Shown here: piece after piece, positions 51,228 through 60,682 of the stretch | Layout of the letters: every line of letters begins with the position of its first letter | Position numbering within the stretch: the stretch's first letter is position 1 | Assembly: GCA_027262695.1 (NCBI GenBank) | Contig: GCA_027262695.1_4722.1 | Length of the DNA: 64,000 nt | Source: a phage | Reading direction: 5' to 3' (one strand) | Program-made: the position numbers and the translations under genes | Notes under the pieces: generated by a model | The model's database searches: none | Told to the model about the DNA's origin: nothing | The model's input: only the letters and a program-made list of their open reading frames with translations

Positions 51228-52003
51228 TAGAATTCCTCTAAATCGTTGCTGCTGATCGTCCCGGTTGTCGACGGAATATTGCTACGACCTGCTGTTGTCG
51301 AAGCCGGTGCGGCCAGGTTCAGTCCGTTCAATAACCCACGCTCTTTTACCGTACGACGTGAGCCGTCACGAACATCATAAAGAGGTACGTTATAATGGTC
51401 GAAAATCCGAAGCCATTGTACGTAATCCGCAACCACATGTTCTTTGCTCTCGTTCGGTGCAAAACGATCGAGTTGGTGGTCAACGTAAGCTTTTGCGCTT
51501 TCAGGATTGAAATTGTACTGTCGGCGGGCCTTGTCCACCATCGCAAGAAAACAGGTGTTAGGGTCGCGGTTGATATACGAACGCGTTCTGATGAAAATCG
51601 CTGGGACCGTAAACAGAACCTTGTTGTTATTTCCATCAGCAACAATGTTAACAGCACGGTGTGGCTGACCGGCGATTTTACACCAGTCATGAACGATGGT
51701 GCTATTACTCAGCATCTCTGCGTATTCAGGGTCCTGCGAAAACATGCCTGCGAACGGATGCAGGAAATGTCTCACGAACAACGATTCAGGCAGGATGTTG
51801 GGACGCGTCATCTCCTGTAACCCTTTTCGTAGAAGCTCGCTGTTGTCGACTAACTCCTGCCATATGTCCGGTCGTGTTTTCGGAATCGAAGGATCCTGAG
51901 CGCGACGGATACGTTCTTCCTCGTTTACAACCACTACCCCAGCCGGATACCCTAGTAAATCCGTTCCTTCGTTAACGTTGCTGTTAGTTTGGCGCGCCTT
52001 CAT
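51227..52003 (-). CDS. hypothetical protein
   Basis: 258-aa ORF. Confidence 0.5.
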   Translation of the reverse strand: MKARQTNSNVNEGTDLLGYPAGVVVVNEEERIRRAQDPSIPKTRPDIWQELVDNSELLRKGLQEMTRPNILPESLFVRHFLHPFAGMFSQDPEYAEMLSNSTIVHDWCKIAGQPHRAVNIVADGNNNKVLFTVPAIFIRTRSYINRDPNTCFLAMVDKARRQYNFNPESAKAYVDHQLDRFAPNESKEHVVADYVQWLRIFDHYNVPLYDVRDGSRRTVKERGLLNGLNLAAPASTTAGRSNIPSTTGTISSNDLEEF

Positions 52004-52391
52004 TTACTTCCTCCTGCCATTTAACAAAGTTACCGCGTTCAGATCGCAAAACACCGCTTAAATCGTACGACATGCCTTTCTCTGTGACAATCCCTCCAAT
52101 CTGGAGATCGACACGTTCCGTCGTTGAATCAATATACTTAACACGGACTTTTAGTTCCACGCGATCATAATACCGCATTAAATAGTCGTACAACATTCGA
52201 TACGTCGCATCTTCTAATTTAGGTGCGCTGTATTGCGATGTTGCAATCAGGTACGGTAATGAAACGATGGAACCTTGGTAACAATACGATTGGGAGTAGT
52301 TCGATATTGCAAAATTGGTCATGAGTCCATCTAGCTTCTTACCTGACGCTGTTAAAAAGCTTGATAGTCCTGGTAATGGATTCGACGCCAT
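51984..52391 (-). CDS. hypothetical protein
   Basis: Start at ATG 52391 after GAGGAG RBS; longer ORF-track version overlaps next gene in another frame. Confidence 0.45.
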   Translation of the reverse strand: MASNPLPGLSSFLTASGKKLDGLMTNFAISNYSQSYCYQGSIVSLPYLIATSQYSAPKLEDATYRMLYDYLMRYYDRVELKVRVKYIDSTTERVDLQIGGIVTEKGMSYDLSGVLRSERGNFVKWQEEVNEGAPN

Positions 52392-52404
52392 GAGGAACTC
52401 CTCG

Positions 52405-52857
52405 TTATTTTCGGTTGAGCGCTGCCAGCGTTTCGTAATCAGGCATGTGCCCCAATTGAAGATCAACAGGAACAGATGTTTGTGCCGCTGGTCCGTGGAA
52501 TATTCGTTTATGCATATCGATATACCCGCATTCCAAACAAACAACATCAGCCAATTCCGACGGGTGATGTGGCGGGTCAATCCGTAAACGTTTATAATAT
52601 TCCAACTGCCACCAGGCATGGAAATAGTTGTTGTATGCTGCTGACTTCTGGTTCGCGCATTTAAGTCCGTAAAGCACCCAAAGCTCAGCCATGAATTTCT
52701 TCATGTTTTCAATCGCGGGTACATCAGGTTTCATCACGGTAGAAATAAAAAGCAACGGTGAGTTATTATCACCAAAACAACCTTGTAGTGTATTACCAAA
52801 ACGTTCAATATCCAGGCAAAGATACTCGCTTGATTTACCCTCAAAATGAACCGTCAT
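52405..52857 (-). CDS. hypothetical protein
   Basis: 150-aa ORF. Confidence 0.45.
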   Translation of the reverse strand: MTVHFEGKSSEYLCLDIERFGNTLQGCFGDNNSPLLFISTVMKPDVPAIENMKKFMAELWVLYGLKCANQKSAAYNNYFHAWWQLEYYKRLRIDPPHHPSELADVVCLECGYIDMHKRIFHGPAAQTSVPVDLQLGHMPDYETLAALNRK

Positions 52858-52981
52858 CGATATCTCCCATTAAAAACGTTTTCTATTTCATAGAGTGCTG
52901 GAAATTCGTAGAAAATTACAAAAAGAAAAAGAAGGGCGCGGCCCCTCCCCACCCGAGGGCAGGGAGAAACCGCAGATATAA

Positions 52982-53524
52982 TTAGACCAGCGCCGCGATA
53001 ACGTCGTTGACGTTGCGGCCGCGTAATTCAGCCGCTAAGCGAATCACTTCATCCAGGGAACGCGTTGTACGAATCTTGGCCACTTTCCAATTTTCAGGAT
53101 ACTGTTCGAAGTTCAGCAGCCAGGTCATGACTTTCGCTTGTTCCACACCGTTCAGCTTGATGGTCGTACGCGGATTGGCTTTAAACCACTTCTTGCTTAA
53201 CTGTGCCATACGGCGAACAGGGTAAGCATAAGCGCGAGTCCAGTCTTTGGACAGATTGTCGAGTAATTCACGATAGCTGCTGTCGTAGTCTTTGTTAATA
53301 CGACGTAACAGCCAGTTGGCGGTCATCTGGTAGAGTTTATCGTCTTCACGTAAACGCATACCTGCCATCGCTAAATAAACAATAAGGCCCGCACCCATAA
53401 TCAGAGACAGGATAAACAGAATTTGAGTTTCTTGAGCTAATGTCATTTTACTATCCTCGGATTTATTAGGATTTGATTTCCAATATAAGGACAACGCCTT
53501 ATACAGTCGATTGATGTTGTACAT
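52982..53524 (-). CDS. membrane-anchored protein
   Basis: Hydrophobic segment ILFILSLIMGAGLIVYLAMAG near N-terminus; TATATTAC-type box 23 nt upstream. Confidence 0.5.
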   Translation of the reverse strand: MYNINRLYKALSLYWKSNPNKSEDSKMTLAQETQILFILSLIMGAGLIVYLAMAGMRLREDDKLYQMTANWLLRRINKDYDSSYRELLDNLSKDWTRAYAYPVRRMAQLSKKWFKANPRTTIKLNGVEQAKVMTWLLNFEQYPENWKVAKIRTTRSLDEVIRLAAELRGRNVNDVIAALV

Positions 53525-53545
53525 CGCATCTGTGATGTATCACAG

Positions 53546-53564
53546 AAGTAATATAGCCGTGAAA
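53546..53564 (-). promoter_or_regulatory. candidate early promoter box (minus strand TTTCACGGCTATATTACTT)
   Basis: Identical over 17 nt to the 29661 copy; upstream of 52982..53524. Confidence 0.5.
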
Positions 53565-53573
53565 ATTATTGTA

Positions 53574-54413
53574 TTAACGTGTTCTCCTGTCACGATGGGT
53601 ATATGACTGTAATCCGATGTCCATATGCGGTAACGTCAATGTTTGCCAGATCTGTTGTGCGTAGCGATCGAGTGTATAGTCGTTGGTAACGCAGTCAACC
53701 GGTTCAATGAGATGCGTCGTGTATTGACTTTTCTCTGAAAACGGATCAACGTTAGCAGTATCTCCTAGTCCGCTTTTCACCGTGAAAACAAGACGAGTAA
53801 CCACCATCGCTTTACGTTGTTGCTCGTTATAACGAAGGCCACGATAAATCGCATAGCTCGCGCCTTTCAGGCTTCGGGTATAACGAAGGTCAGACGTCGT
53901 CCCGCCAATTTGATGCAACATCCAGTCTAATGTATCCCGCCAGTATTTATCATCCGTGTCAGGTACCTCGATACCGTAACGGGTAGGAAGCAGATCCAAA
54001 AGCAGTTTGTAGAGTCCACGACGCAAACCGTGTTCTTCTGTTTCTGATAATGTGTTTCCTCCAACATAACGAGAAATACGTGTTCGTAAATACGCACGAA
54101 TAAACATGCACGTCATTACTGTTTTCGAGTGGCTGGTGATGTCTTCAAAAGTATCAACACTGAAACTCGTTTCGATCAATCGTCCGTTAAAGTACAATGC
54201 AGCTACATACATCGCGCTACTGCTGTCTCGGTCGATGTTCAAACGACCGCAGATATTGGCTGCGTCGTTCATGGTAAATTCGAGTTTGTCGTGTTCAATA
54301 TGGTAGATAATATCTTCTTGGGTTGCCAGGCTCGCAATACGACGATAGCCTGGAGTAGTACGTTTAACGCTCATAATGGTCCTCGATTTCAATTTTAGGA
54401 TTACAGACGGCAT
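53574..54413 (-). CDS. hypothetical protein
   Basis: 279-aa ORF. Confidence 0.5.
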   Translation of the reverse strand: MPSVILKLKSRTIMSVKRTTPGYRRIASLATQEDIIYHIEHDKLEFTMNDAANICGRLNIDRDSSSAMYVAALYFNGRLIETSFSVDTFEDITSHSKTVMTCMFIRAYLRTRISRYVGGNTLSETEEHGLRRGLYKLLLDLLPTRYGIEVPDTDDKYWRDTLDWMLHQIGGTTSDLRYTRSLKGASYAIYRGLRYNEQQRKAMVVTRLVFTVKSGLGDTANVDPFSEKSQYTTHLIEPVDCVTNDYTLDRYAQQIWQTLTLPHMDIGLQSYTHRDRRTR

Positions 54414-54441
54414 AAACCCTCCCCGCGCTATGCAGGGAGGG
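54409..54441 (-). terminator. GC hairpin followed by GTTTATGCCG box
   Basis: Minus strand CCCTCCCTGCATAGCGCGGGGAGGG TTTATGCCGTC. Confidence 0.55.
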
Positions 54442-54464
54442 TAGCCATTGGTTGTCTTCGCCGG

Positions 54465-55103
54465 TTAGCCTAATTTACCTCCGGCGATGTTCGTGAAGTC
54501 TTCACCATCAGGGACCTGCAACAGAATACGTGCCATGTCCCAGTTGGTCAATGTGATTGCTTTATCATCGATACTCAGTTCTGGTAGGTCGAGCTCATGA
54601 TCATCGAACTCGTAGGAAATGCTCCATGTTTCATCAGTTTTAGGATCAGTTATCAGCACACCGTCTGTTACACGCATGTAATCAGGGTGCAGCTCATTAC
54701 TGAACGTGCTGAACGGATCGGTGTAACATTCAGCATAACCCTCGATCTGCTGACGCTGTGCCTTCGTACGTAACTCAGGACACGCCATGATCAGCTGTCG
54801 GGAAATGCCGTTCGCCGCTCGGAAATCTTCCACGGTGATACACGGCATCACCACGTCGTCATGGAAGATATTCTCCGACTGTCTCAACAAGGTCTTACGA
54901 AGTTCAGTATAGTTGATCTGATTGAACGTATCGAATGTTGCTAACGATTCCGCGTAAAAATGCTTTACGTGTTCGTTTGCGCCACCGAGACTGTTCATCA
55001 GCTTATGACCATACTCCATAAAGCTTTTATCGAGCCCAGTATTCATTTCTCCGAACCGTAGTGCACGATAGCTGTCTCGTCCACCTGTAAATATTTGCGC
55101 CAT
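54465..55103 (-). CDS. hypothetical protein
   Basis: 212-aa ORF. Confidence 0.5.
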   Translation of the reverse strand: MAQIFTGGRDSYRALRFGEMNTGLDKSFMEYGHKLMNSLGGANEHVKHFYAESLATFDTFNQINYTELRKTLLRQSENIFHDDVVMPCITVEDFRAANGISRQLIMACPELRTKAQRQQIEGYAECYTDPFSTFSNELHPDYMRVTDGVLITDPKTDETWSISYEFDDHELDLPELSIDDKAITLTNWDMARILLQVPDGEDFTNIAGGKLG

Positions 55104-55118
55104 TACAGGCGTCCTCCT

Positions 55119-55356
55119 TTAGCATTGGTTATTGATTGCTTCTATTTCATCGATATACGGTTCTACGTCATCGCCCTCCACGAATTCGTTGAACCAACAG
55201 TCAATCGTTGAGATAACCGGTGACTGATGTTCACATTTCTTAGATACCTTAAACGGAACGTTGTTATCCATCATACCGAGTTCGGGTCGGAATCGCCCGA
55301 AATGTTTCGCAGTCCAAATGTCTGGGACGATATGGTTGTTCATAGCGTCTCCGTCG
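55119..55356 (-). CDS. RNA polymerase beta-prime-like subunit N-terminal part, exon 3
   Basis: Begins C GAC GGA GAC GCT ATG (..DGDAMNNHIVP ~ DGDQMAVHVPL); ELGMMDNNVP ~ ALMMSTNNILSP. Confidence 0.7.
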
Positions 55357-55734
55357 CTGTTTGTCGACTATATCTTCATCTTCATTGCGAAGAGACTCTC
55401 GTTTGGGTTTGTGTTTAACAAAGCCTACTCTACTCAACATCGCGTCTTTCGATAGTCTGTGAGCACACATCTTAACGAATATTCGTGGGTTCCTACAGAC
55501 AGGTGAATATTCTTGTTGAGATGCTTCGCTGCGGATTATTCCCGTCCTACCTCTTTTACCATACCCAGTTCATTACGCTGGCCCTCATCGATGTCACCAT
55601 GATGAGTTGGTGTGTAGTCCGATTACAGAAACTTCCCGTCAATTAGAGAGTTTTAACTATGCTCCTGTTACCAGGAACCAGATCCCGACGGTATCAATAA
55701 ATCAACGTAAGTTATTGATTTAATTGAAAAAACT
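55357..55734 (-). mobile_element. group I intron 2 in beta-prime gene (no ORF)
   Basis: Minus-strand P AATTGACGGGAAG (55643-55631), Q AATCCGCAGCGAAG (55536-55523), R CACAGACTATCG (55460-55449), S AAGATATAGTC (55376-55366). Confidence 0.7.
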
Positions 55735-55747
55735 GAAATCTGCATTA
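55735..55747 (-). CDS. beta-prime micro-exon 2 (13 nt, encodes part of Y-N-A-D-F)
   Basis: Minus-strand ATAATGCAGATTT between the two introns; joined to flanking exons gives ...KGYNADFDGDAM... and a 1494-nt in-frame CDS. Confidence 0.6.
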
Positions 55748-56114
55748 TCTTAATCTTCGATATGGTTCGCTAAGCCATATCCGCACATACGTGCAGCTTA
55801 CGTCTTTCACGTAAGAAGAGACTATATCTTTCACCCTCAGCTTTACCTGTTAGGGGCTCCCATTTCGGCGGTCGTTTGACCGGTGGTTTCCCACGCCGCT
55901 TGGCCCTAACGCCCGTGAGCGATAGTCGTTGAGCACATCTCCGTTCTGGAGACTTCGCTGCGGATTCCTCAATCCTTACTGCTTTTACCGTACCTGAATG
56001 ATTAGTTCAGCCCCACGCTCTGTTCCCAGGCATGGTTGGTGAGCAAGGCTCTAAGTAGGTTCCCGCTATTAGAGAGTTCCTCGTGACAGCATTACTGTGT
56101 CACTGGGCCTAATG
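55748..56114 (-). mobile_element. group I intron 1 in beta-prime gene (no ORF)
   Basis: Minus-strand P AATAGCGGGAAC (56069-56058), Q AATCCGCAGCGAAG (55965-55952), R CAACGACTATCG (55930-55919), S AAGATATAGTC (55829-55819); exon ends GGGT, IGS GCCC. Confidence 0.7.
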
Positions 56115-57357
56115 ACCCTTTCAAGATCATCACGCTTAACCCGATGGTGTTATCCTGCGGGTCGCGTTTAACCTTGGTGATTTCAAGACATTGGTTACTG
56201 CTACGGTCAAGTGATGGATTTCGAACAAAGCCACACACAATCCCATCGAACGGTGTATCAGCAATAAGCTCGTCATGCAGCTCGCTCATCATCGGATGAT
56301 AATTGCGGACATGCTCTGCAACGAACGCACGGGCTGCTCTTGGTGAATAACCACGATGGAATAACTTGGATTGGATATGTTCTTTATTGGTTAGTGTAAA
56401 TGGTGCGTACGGAAAATGCAGATGATAATAACGATGGTTTGCTGTTATCGAACTGATGACCGTACGTGTGGTGAATGGATGTAATGTACCTAATATGTTC
56501 TTACGTGTGATCCCTTTCTTCTTACCAATGAACTCATCGAAAATCGCCGAGTGATACTGCAACAGCTTCAATTGCACTTTCGCCATCCAGTTTTCTTTCT
56601 TTCTGGCGCTTAGTGGCGTGGTTGGATGATAGATGCTATTCAATGTTCCGATGGCGTCTATCGCACCTTCCATTTTGCTGTCAGCGTAACGTCCTGTTGG
56701 CGTGTTCTCGATCACGAACATCATGGCTGCAGGAAAGCTGATGTACTGACTGAAGAATTTATCCCGATGAATACGGATGAATTCGCGTAGCGTATCAACC
56801 TTCTCCATGTTCTTCGGTCCACGTAGTGTGGGTCCTTTATACAAGATCTCCATGATACGATCGAAGTTCTGTATAAAGCTATTTATACCGCGTCGTATTC
56901 CGAATACATCGAATTGCTGTTCCAGATAGTTCTTAAGTTCGATCGGTCGTTTTACGTTCGGACGGTAACTGGCATCAATGAGCCACGTCATCGTTTCAAA
57001 GCTTTTGATATTCAACTCGCTTGCCAGCACGAGATGGACCAACGGGTTAATGAACGCATCGATACCTTCCGGTACGCGCGCCCAGACCGTTGAACGAATC
57101 TCTTGTTCTGCTGGATAAGTGACAACCGTTTTACAGTTCGGGCACACCGTCCCTAATAACTCACCGCGATTATAGAAACCACAACCGCATTGCGGGGTGA
57201 TATCCAAGGTATCGCTCGAGTAAACACGGGTGATGAAACTGTTTAATTTCTTCTTCTCTTCCACGACCTTCGTATCATAATCGTTCAACAATATCGGCGT
57301 AAAAGGAAGTTCTGCGAGCTGTCTATCGAAACTGACGATATCGAGCATGATGGCCAT
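56115..57357 (-). CDS. RNA polymerase beta-prime-like subunit N-terminal part, exon 1
   Basis: Zinc site TPQCGCGFYNRGELLGTVCPNCKTVV ~ beta-prime YECLCGKY...CEKCGVEV; RKNILG...RTVISS ~ RFRQNLLGKRVDYSGRSVI; VRNPSLDRS ~ LNRAPTLHR. Confidence 0.75.
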
Positions 57358-57399
57358 GGGGTATCTCCTGCAAATGAAAAAGAACGTTAGGACGTATAA

Positions 57400-57423
57400 G
57401 GGAGGGAGGTTGCCCTCCCTCCC
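57400..57423 (-). terminator. perfect 10-bp GC hairpin between the 632-aa gene and beta-prime
   Basis: GGGAGGGAGG TTGC CCTCCCTCCC. Confidence 0.55.
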
Positions 57424-57449
57424 GTCAGTTTACATCGAACGTTCTTCCA

Positions 57450-59348
57450 TTAGAACAGGTTGAATGCCCCGCCCATGCCGTTACCGCCCACATTCGGACG
57501 ATCGTTACGTGCGTAGATGTTGCCGCTGATGGTACCCAGACCGCGAGCACGTGCTGCCATGTTACCACGAACAGCGGTGCCTGCCAGATGCTGGATGTTC
57601 TCAGGACGGATGGTGAAGCCTGCTTCAGCAGCCGCTTCAATCAGTGCCTGCAACGCCAGCGGATCGAAATCATAACGCATCGCCCAGCCGGTTTGTTCCC
57701 AGCTACCAGACAGAACGCGGTCGATGATTTCGTGACGAGCAACCACACGCTGAGACATCGACATATCGGTACGGTCGAAGCTGTCTTCCCAAGCTTCTAC
57801 GGTATCCGGGTTGGTGATGTTCATCATGTACAGATCGTCCATATCACGAATATCGTGACGGTTACCGTCCTGGTGGTTGTAGTGACCCAGCGGGATACGG
57901 TTACCGGTCGCGTAGACCAGCGGTGAGCCGTACGGATATTTCTTGCTGAAGCAACCCAGGGTAACATCATCGAACGCACGGAAGAGGGCTTTGTAGCCTT
58001 CGGAGTATTCCTGTACGTCCCCTTCAACATTACCCGAGAAGATCTTCTCAGCCGCCGGGATCATACGCAGCAGCCAGCTGTACTCGCCTTCTTCTGGTAC
58101 ATCGATAGAGATCAGCAGAGACGGATACAGAACCTGTTGCAGGAACTTGTAAATCTGCTCGTTGGTTTGCGTAGACAGATCCAGCGGTGCAGTCACTTCA
58201 GGATCCAGCACCATCGCCAGAGCACCTGGGTTATGCGGACCAATACCACGAGCCGCGTTGCTGATTAAAGACTGTGCCCATGCCATGCCGCTGTTCAGCG
58301 TAGCGATGGTACCAATCAGACCCAGCACGAAGCTGTTCGGCGTGAACGCATCCAGTTCCAGCGGATACATGCTGGTCATTACGTAGCGCGGCTGGTACTG
58401 AACAGTTGGCGGTACCGGATAACCGTTAACCAGAACAGGACCTTGCTGGAAGGTCGGGTTCTGCGGGCTGTAGGTCAGATCGATATAACCGGTGGATGCA
58501 ACCAGACGCTGCTGGCTATCGTAATCGCCCATCGCTTGACGGATGCGGTTAGAGATAGTTACAGTAATGTCGGAGCGTACCGGGTTACCCGCGATATCAC
58601 TGTCCTGCATGCCGCTGGTGTTATACTGAACGCTGCTGATCGGCTGGTCGCTTGCCATCATACCCAGGTTGAACTGAGGCAGGCCCAGTCTGTCAGCAAA
58701 ACGCATTTCGGTTGCCGTCTGGATCGCGTTATCTGCTGCAGACAGCAGGGTGGTTGCCAGATGCGCAGATTCAGCAGTGATTTCATTGGTCACAACAGCC
58801 AGACCAGCGATACGTACCGTACCGTTGGCTTTACCACCGATAGCCGCATACATCGCTGCCATGACTTCGTTGATGAACGTGCCGTTCAGGTTATCCACCC
58901 AAGTACATGGTACCAGGATGTTACCGTGAGGACCACGTTCTTCACGACGTGGCAGCGGAGCCAGGCCAGCAACCAGCGGAAGGACGTAACCGAAGAAGTG
59001 GTTATGATCGCCCACTTTTACACCGCTCATCACAACCAGGGTCGGATACGGTACGCTGTACTGGTTCGGGTCAACCGCAACAAAGATGAAGTCGTCTTTG
59101 AACTGGGTATCTTCCAGATATTTCTCCATCAGACGACGGAGATTCAGTACCTGCTCGGAGCCGGTATTACGGCTGATACGACGGCTCAGTGTACGGTTGA
59201 TCGTACGCATCGTATGAGTTACTTTAGGACGGTCAGCAAAATCTGCAGCGGTTTCGACCGCTTCGTTAGCGCGCTGCGCCGCGCGGGTTTCAGCTACGCG
59301 GATGTCTACGTTATCGTTACCGTTATTGTTACGTACGTCTAAGCCCAT
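57450..59348 (-). CDS. large early protein, candidate nuclear-shell (chimallin-like) protein
   Basis: 632 aa, TATATTAC-type box 71 nt upstream, directly upstream of beta-prime gene (as recalled for phiKZ gp54/gp55); no diagnostic motif identified. Confidence 0.4.
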   Translation of the reverse strand: MGLDVRNNNGNDNVDIRVAETRAAQRANEAVETAADFADRPKVTHTMRTINRTLSRRISRNTGSEQVLNLRRLMEKYLEDTQFKDDFIFVAVDPNQYSVPYPTLVVMSGVKVGDHNHFFGYVLPLVAGLAPLPRREERGPHGNILVPCTWVDNLNGTFINEVMAAMYAAIGGKANGTVRIAGLAVVTNEITAESAHLATTLLSAADNAIQTATEMRFADRLGLPQFNLGMMASDQPISSVQYNTSGMQDSDIAGNPVRSDITVTISNRIRQAMGDYDSQQRLVASTGYIDLTYSPQNPTFQQGPVLVNGYPVPPTVQYQPRYVMTSMYPLELDAFTPNSFVLGLIGTIATLNSGMAWAQSLISNAARGIGPHNPGALAMVLDPEVTAPLDLSTQTNEQIYKFLQQVLYPSLLISIDVPEEGEYSWLLRMIPAAEKIFSGNVEGDVQEYSEGYKALFRAFDDVTLGCFSKKYPYGSPLVYATGNRIPLGHYNHQDGNRHDIRDMDDLYMMNITNPDTVEAWEDSFDRTDMSMSQRVVARHEIIDRVLSGSWEQTGWAMRYDFDPLALQALIEAAAEAGFTIRPENIQHLAGTAVRGNMAARARGLGTISGNIYARNDRPNVGGNGMGGAFNLF

Positions 59349-59416
59349 TTGGGAATCCTCTTTTTCTTAACTTTTAAATGACGTCATTGAATCAGCTTTT
59401 TCTCGCTCATTCACCT

Positions 59417-59435
59417 AGGTAATATAACCCTGAAA
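59417..59435 (-). promoter_or_regulatory. candidate early promoter box (minus strand TTTCAGGGTTATATTACCT)
   Basis: Same box upstream of 57450..59348. Confidence 0.5.
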
Positions 59436-59586
59436 TTTTTTTCAATATTGGTGTAACCGTATTGAACGATATAAACCCCCAGGTGAATGCTGCCGAGAAG
59501 CAACATTCTATCTACATATAATCAGGATATGTCTGTAAACTTTTACTTCTCGTCATATCCGTTTACTATCTTCTTACGGAGTTCGT

Positions 59587-60681
59587 ATGTTTCGTGTTTT
59601 AAATAACCTCCCGCGAACATCATCGGGTGTGCAACCCATCCCTCAGAAAGACTACCTAATACGCGAAGTGCAAAGAAACCTACAGACAATCCAGAACCAC
59701 TACCAAGGGTTTACCTTCGCGGTTCAGAGCGATCACATCCTTGCATTGCTGCTCGCACAGCTCCCTATGAGATACGACATCTCAGTACAAACTTACTACG
59801 ACATGATCGCTGACCTTACACCAGAATTGGGGAATCGCGTTAAACTAACAACAGCGCGATACGCGGGTAAGTTATTTAACGGTGCGTTCTATCCGGGATT
59901 GCATGAAGCGATCATTGCAACCAGTGAAAGCCGTCTTATATCGCGTGACGTTCTCGATAACTGGCGTAACTGGTCTCCGGTCAGAATCGTGACACACCCC
60001 TACGCGAATCTTCGCTATATCCCTCTACATCGAAAACCGGTTGAAGAAGGACGGGGTTTTGCGGTCATCATGATCGATGTACCTTTATTAGCGTTGCAGT
60101 ATCGCATGTGGTCATTAGTCATGGGTCACAACGTCGATGGTAAATGGGTGGTTAAAGAACCTGTTACAAGTTTCATTGCCAGTTTTCCTTTGGTCAATGC
60201 ATTATACACACACAACGACGTGGCTATCCGCAATCGTTGCTTATGGGTACCTCCGGCTAAGAATCCGCTCAAGTCACCGATTTACGTCAACGATCTGGAT
60301 AACGTTTTCAGTCAAGTGGTGCTGACCGTCCAACATCAGCTATTACGAAGAAAACGTAGTTACACCGATATGTTGAAACAGATACCGAGTTTATACGAGG
60401 ATCAATTTCAAGCAACACGCATGGGTTACACCATCGATCTTCGACAAACACGGTGGGCAAGGGATCTCGGATGTTTGTCTTTATGGCAACAGCTTGTTAC
60501 CTTGCAAAACGTTTCAGAAAGCGTCGGCTTCAGTAGTCAAACCGACAACGACTTATATCGTGCAGCCGATCGAAGTCTAAAAGAAGGGAATTGGGAATCG
60601 TCTCCTTTACCCGGTGATCTACGACGCGAGGTTATCGCACAGGTTGCTGATCTTTTAAAAATACTTCCCGCTGGTGCATAA
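59587..60681 (+). CDS. hypothetical protein
   Basis: 364-aa plus-strand ORF ending at bidirectional hairpin. Confidence 0.5.
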   Translation: MFRVLNNLPRTSSGVQPIPQKDYLIREVQRNLQTIQNHYQGFTFAVQSDHILALLLAQLPMRYDISVQTYYDMIADLTPELGNRVKLTTARYAGKLFNGAFYPGLHEAIIATSESRLISRDVLDNWRNWSPVRIVTHPYANLRYIPLHRKPVEEGRGFAVIMIDVPLLALQYRMWSLVMGHNVDGKWVVKEPVTSFIASFPLVNALYTHNDVAIRNRCLWVPPAKNPLKSPIYVNDLDNVFSQVVLTVQHQLLRRKRSYTDMLKQIPSLYEDQFQATRMGYTIDLRQTRWARDLGCLSLWQQLVTLQNVSESVGFSSQTDNDLYRAADRSLKEGNWESSPLPGDLRREVIAQVADLLKILPAGA

Positions 60682-60682
60682 T

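Noticed and set aside
51984-52619. Full 211-aa ORF-track version of this gene
   Set aside because: Its first 76 codons overlap 52405..52857 in another frame and look non-coding; an internal ATG at 52391 with a GAGGAG RBS gives a cleaner 135-aa gene.
52925-52970. GC-rich segment GGGCGCGGCCCCTCCCCACCCGAGGGCAGGGAG as another CCCTCC-type terminator hairpin
   Set aside because: Stem pairing is imperfect and ambiguous; only a short GGGC/GCCC hairpin followed by a T-rich run is clear, so it is not listed as a confident feature.
55264-55470. 68-aa minus-strand ORF in the ORF track
   Set aside because: It spans the 3' part of intron 2 and overlaps beta-prime exon 3 in another frame; most likely spurious.
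55470-56092. ORF-free 620-bp region with two copies of a ~200-bp repeat; first considered a tRNA/ncRNA cluster or direct repeats
   Set aside because: No tRNA-like cloverleaf or T-loop consensus found; the repeats carry group I P/Q/R/S elements and are reinterpreted as two introns within the beta-prime gene.
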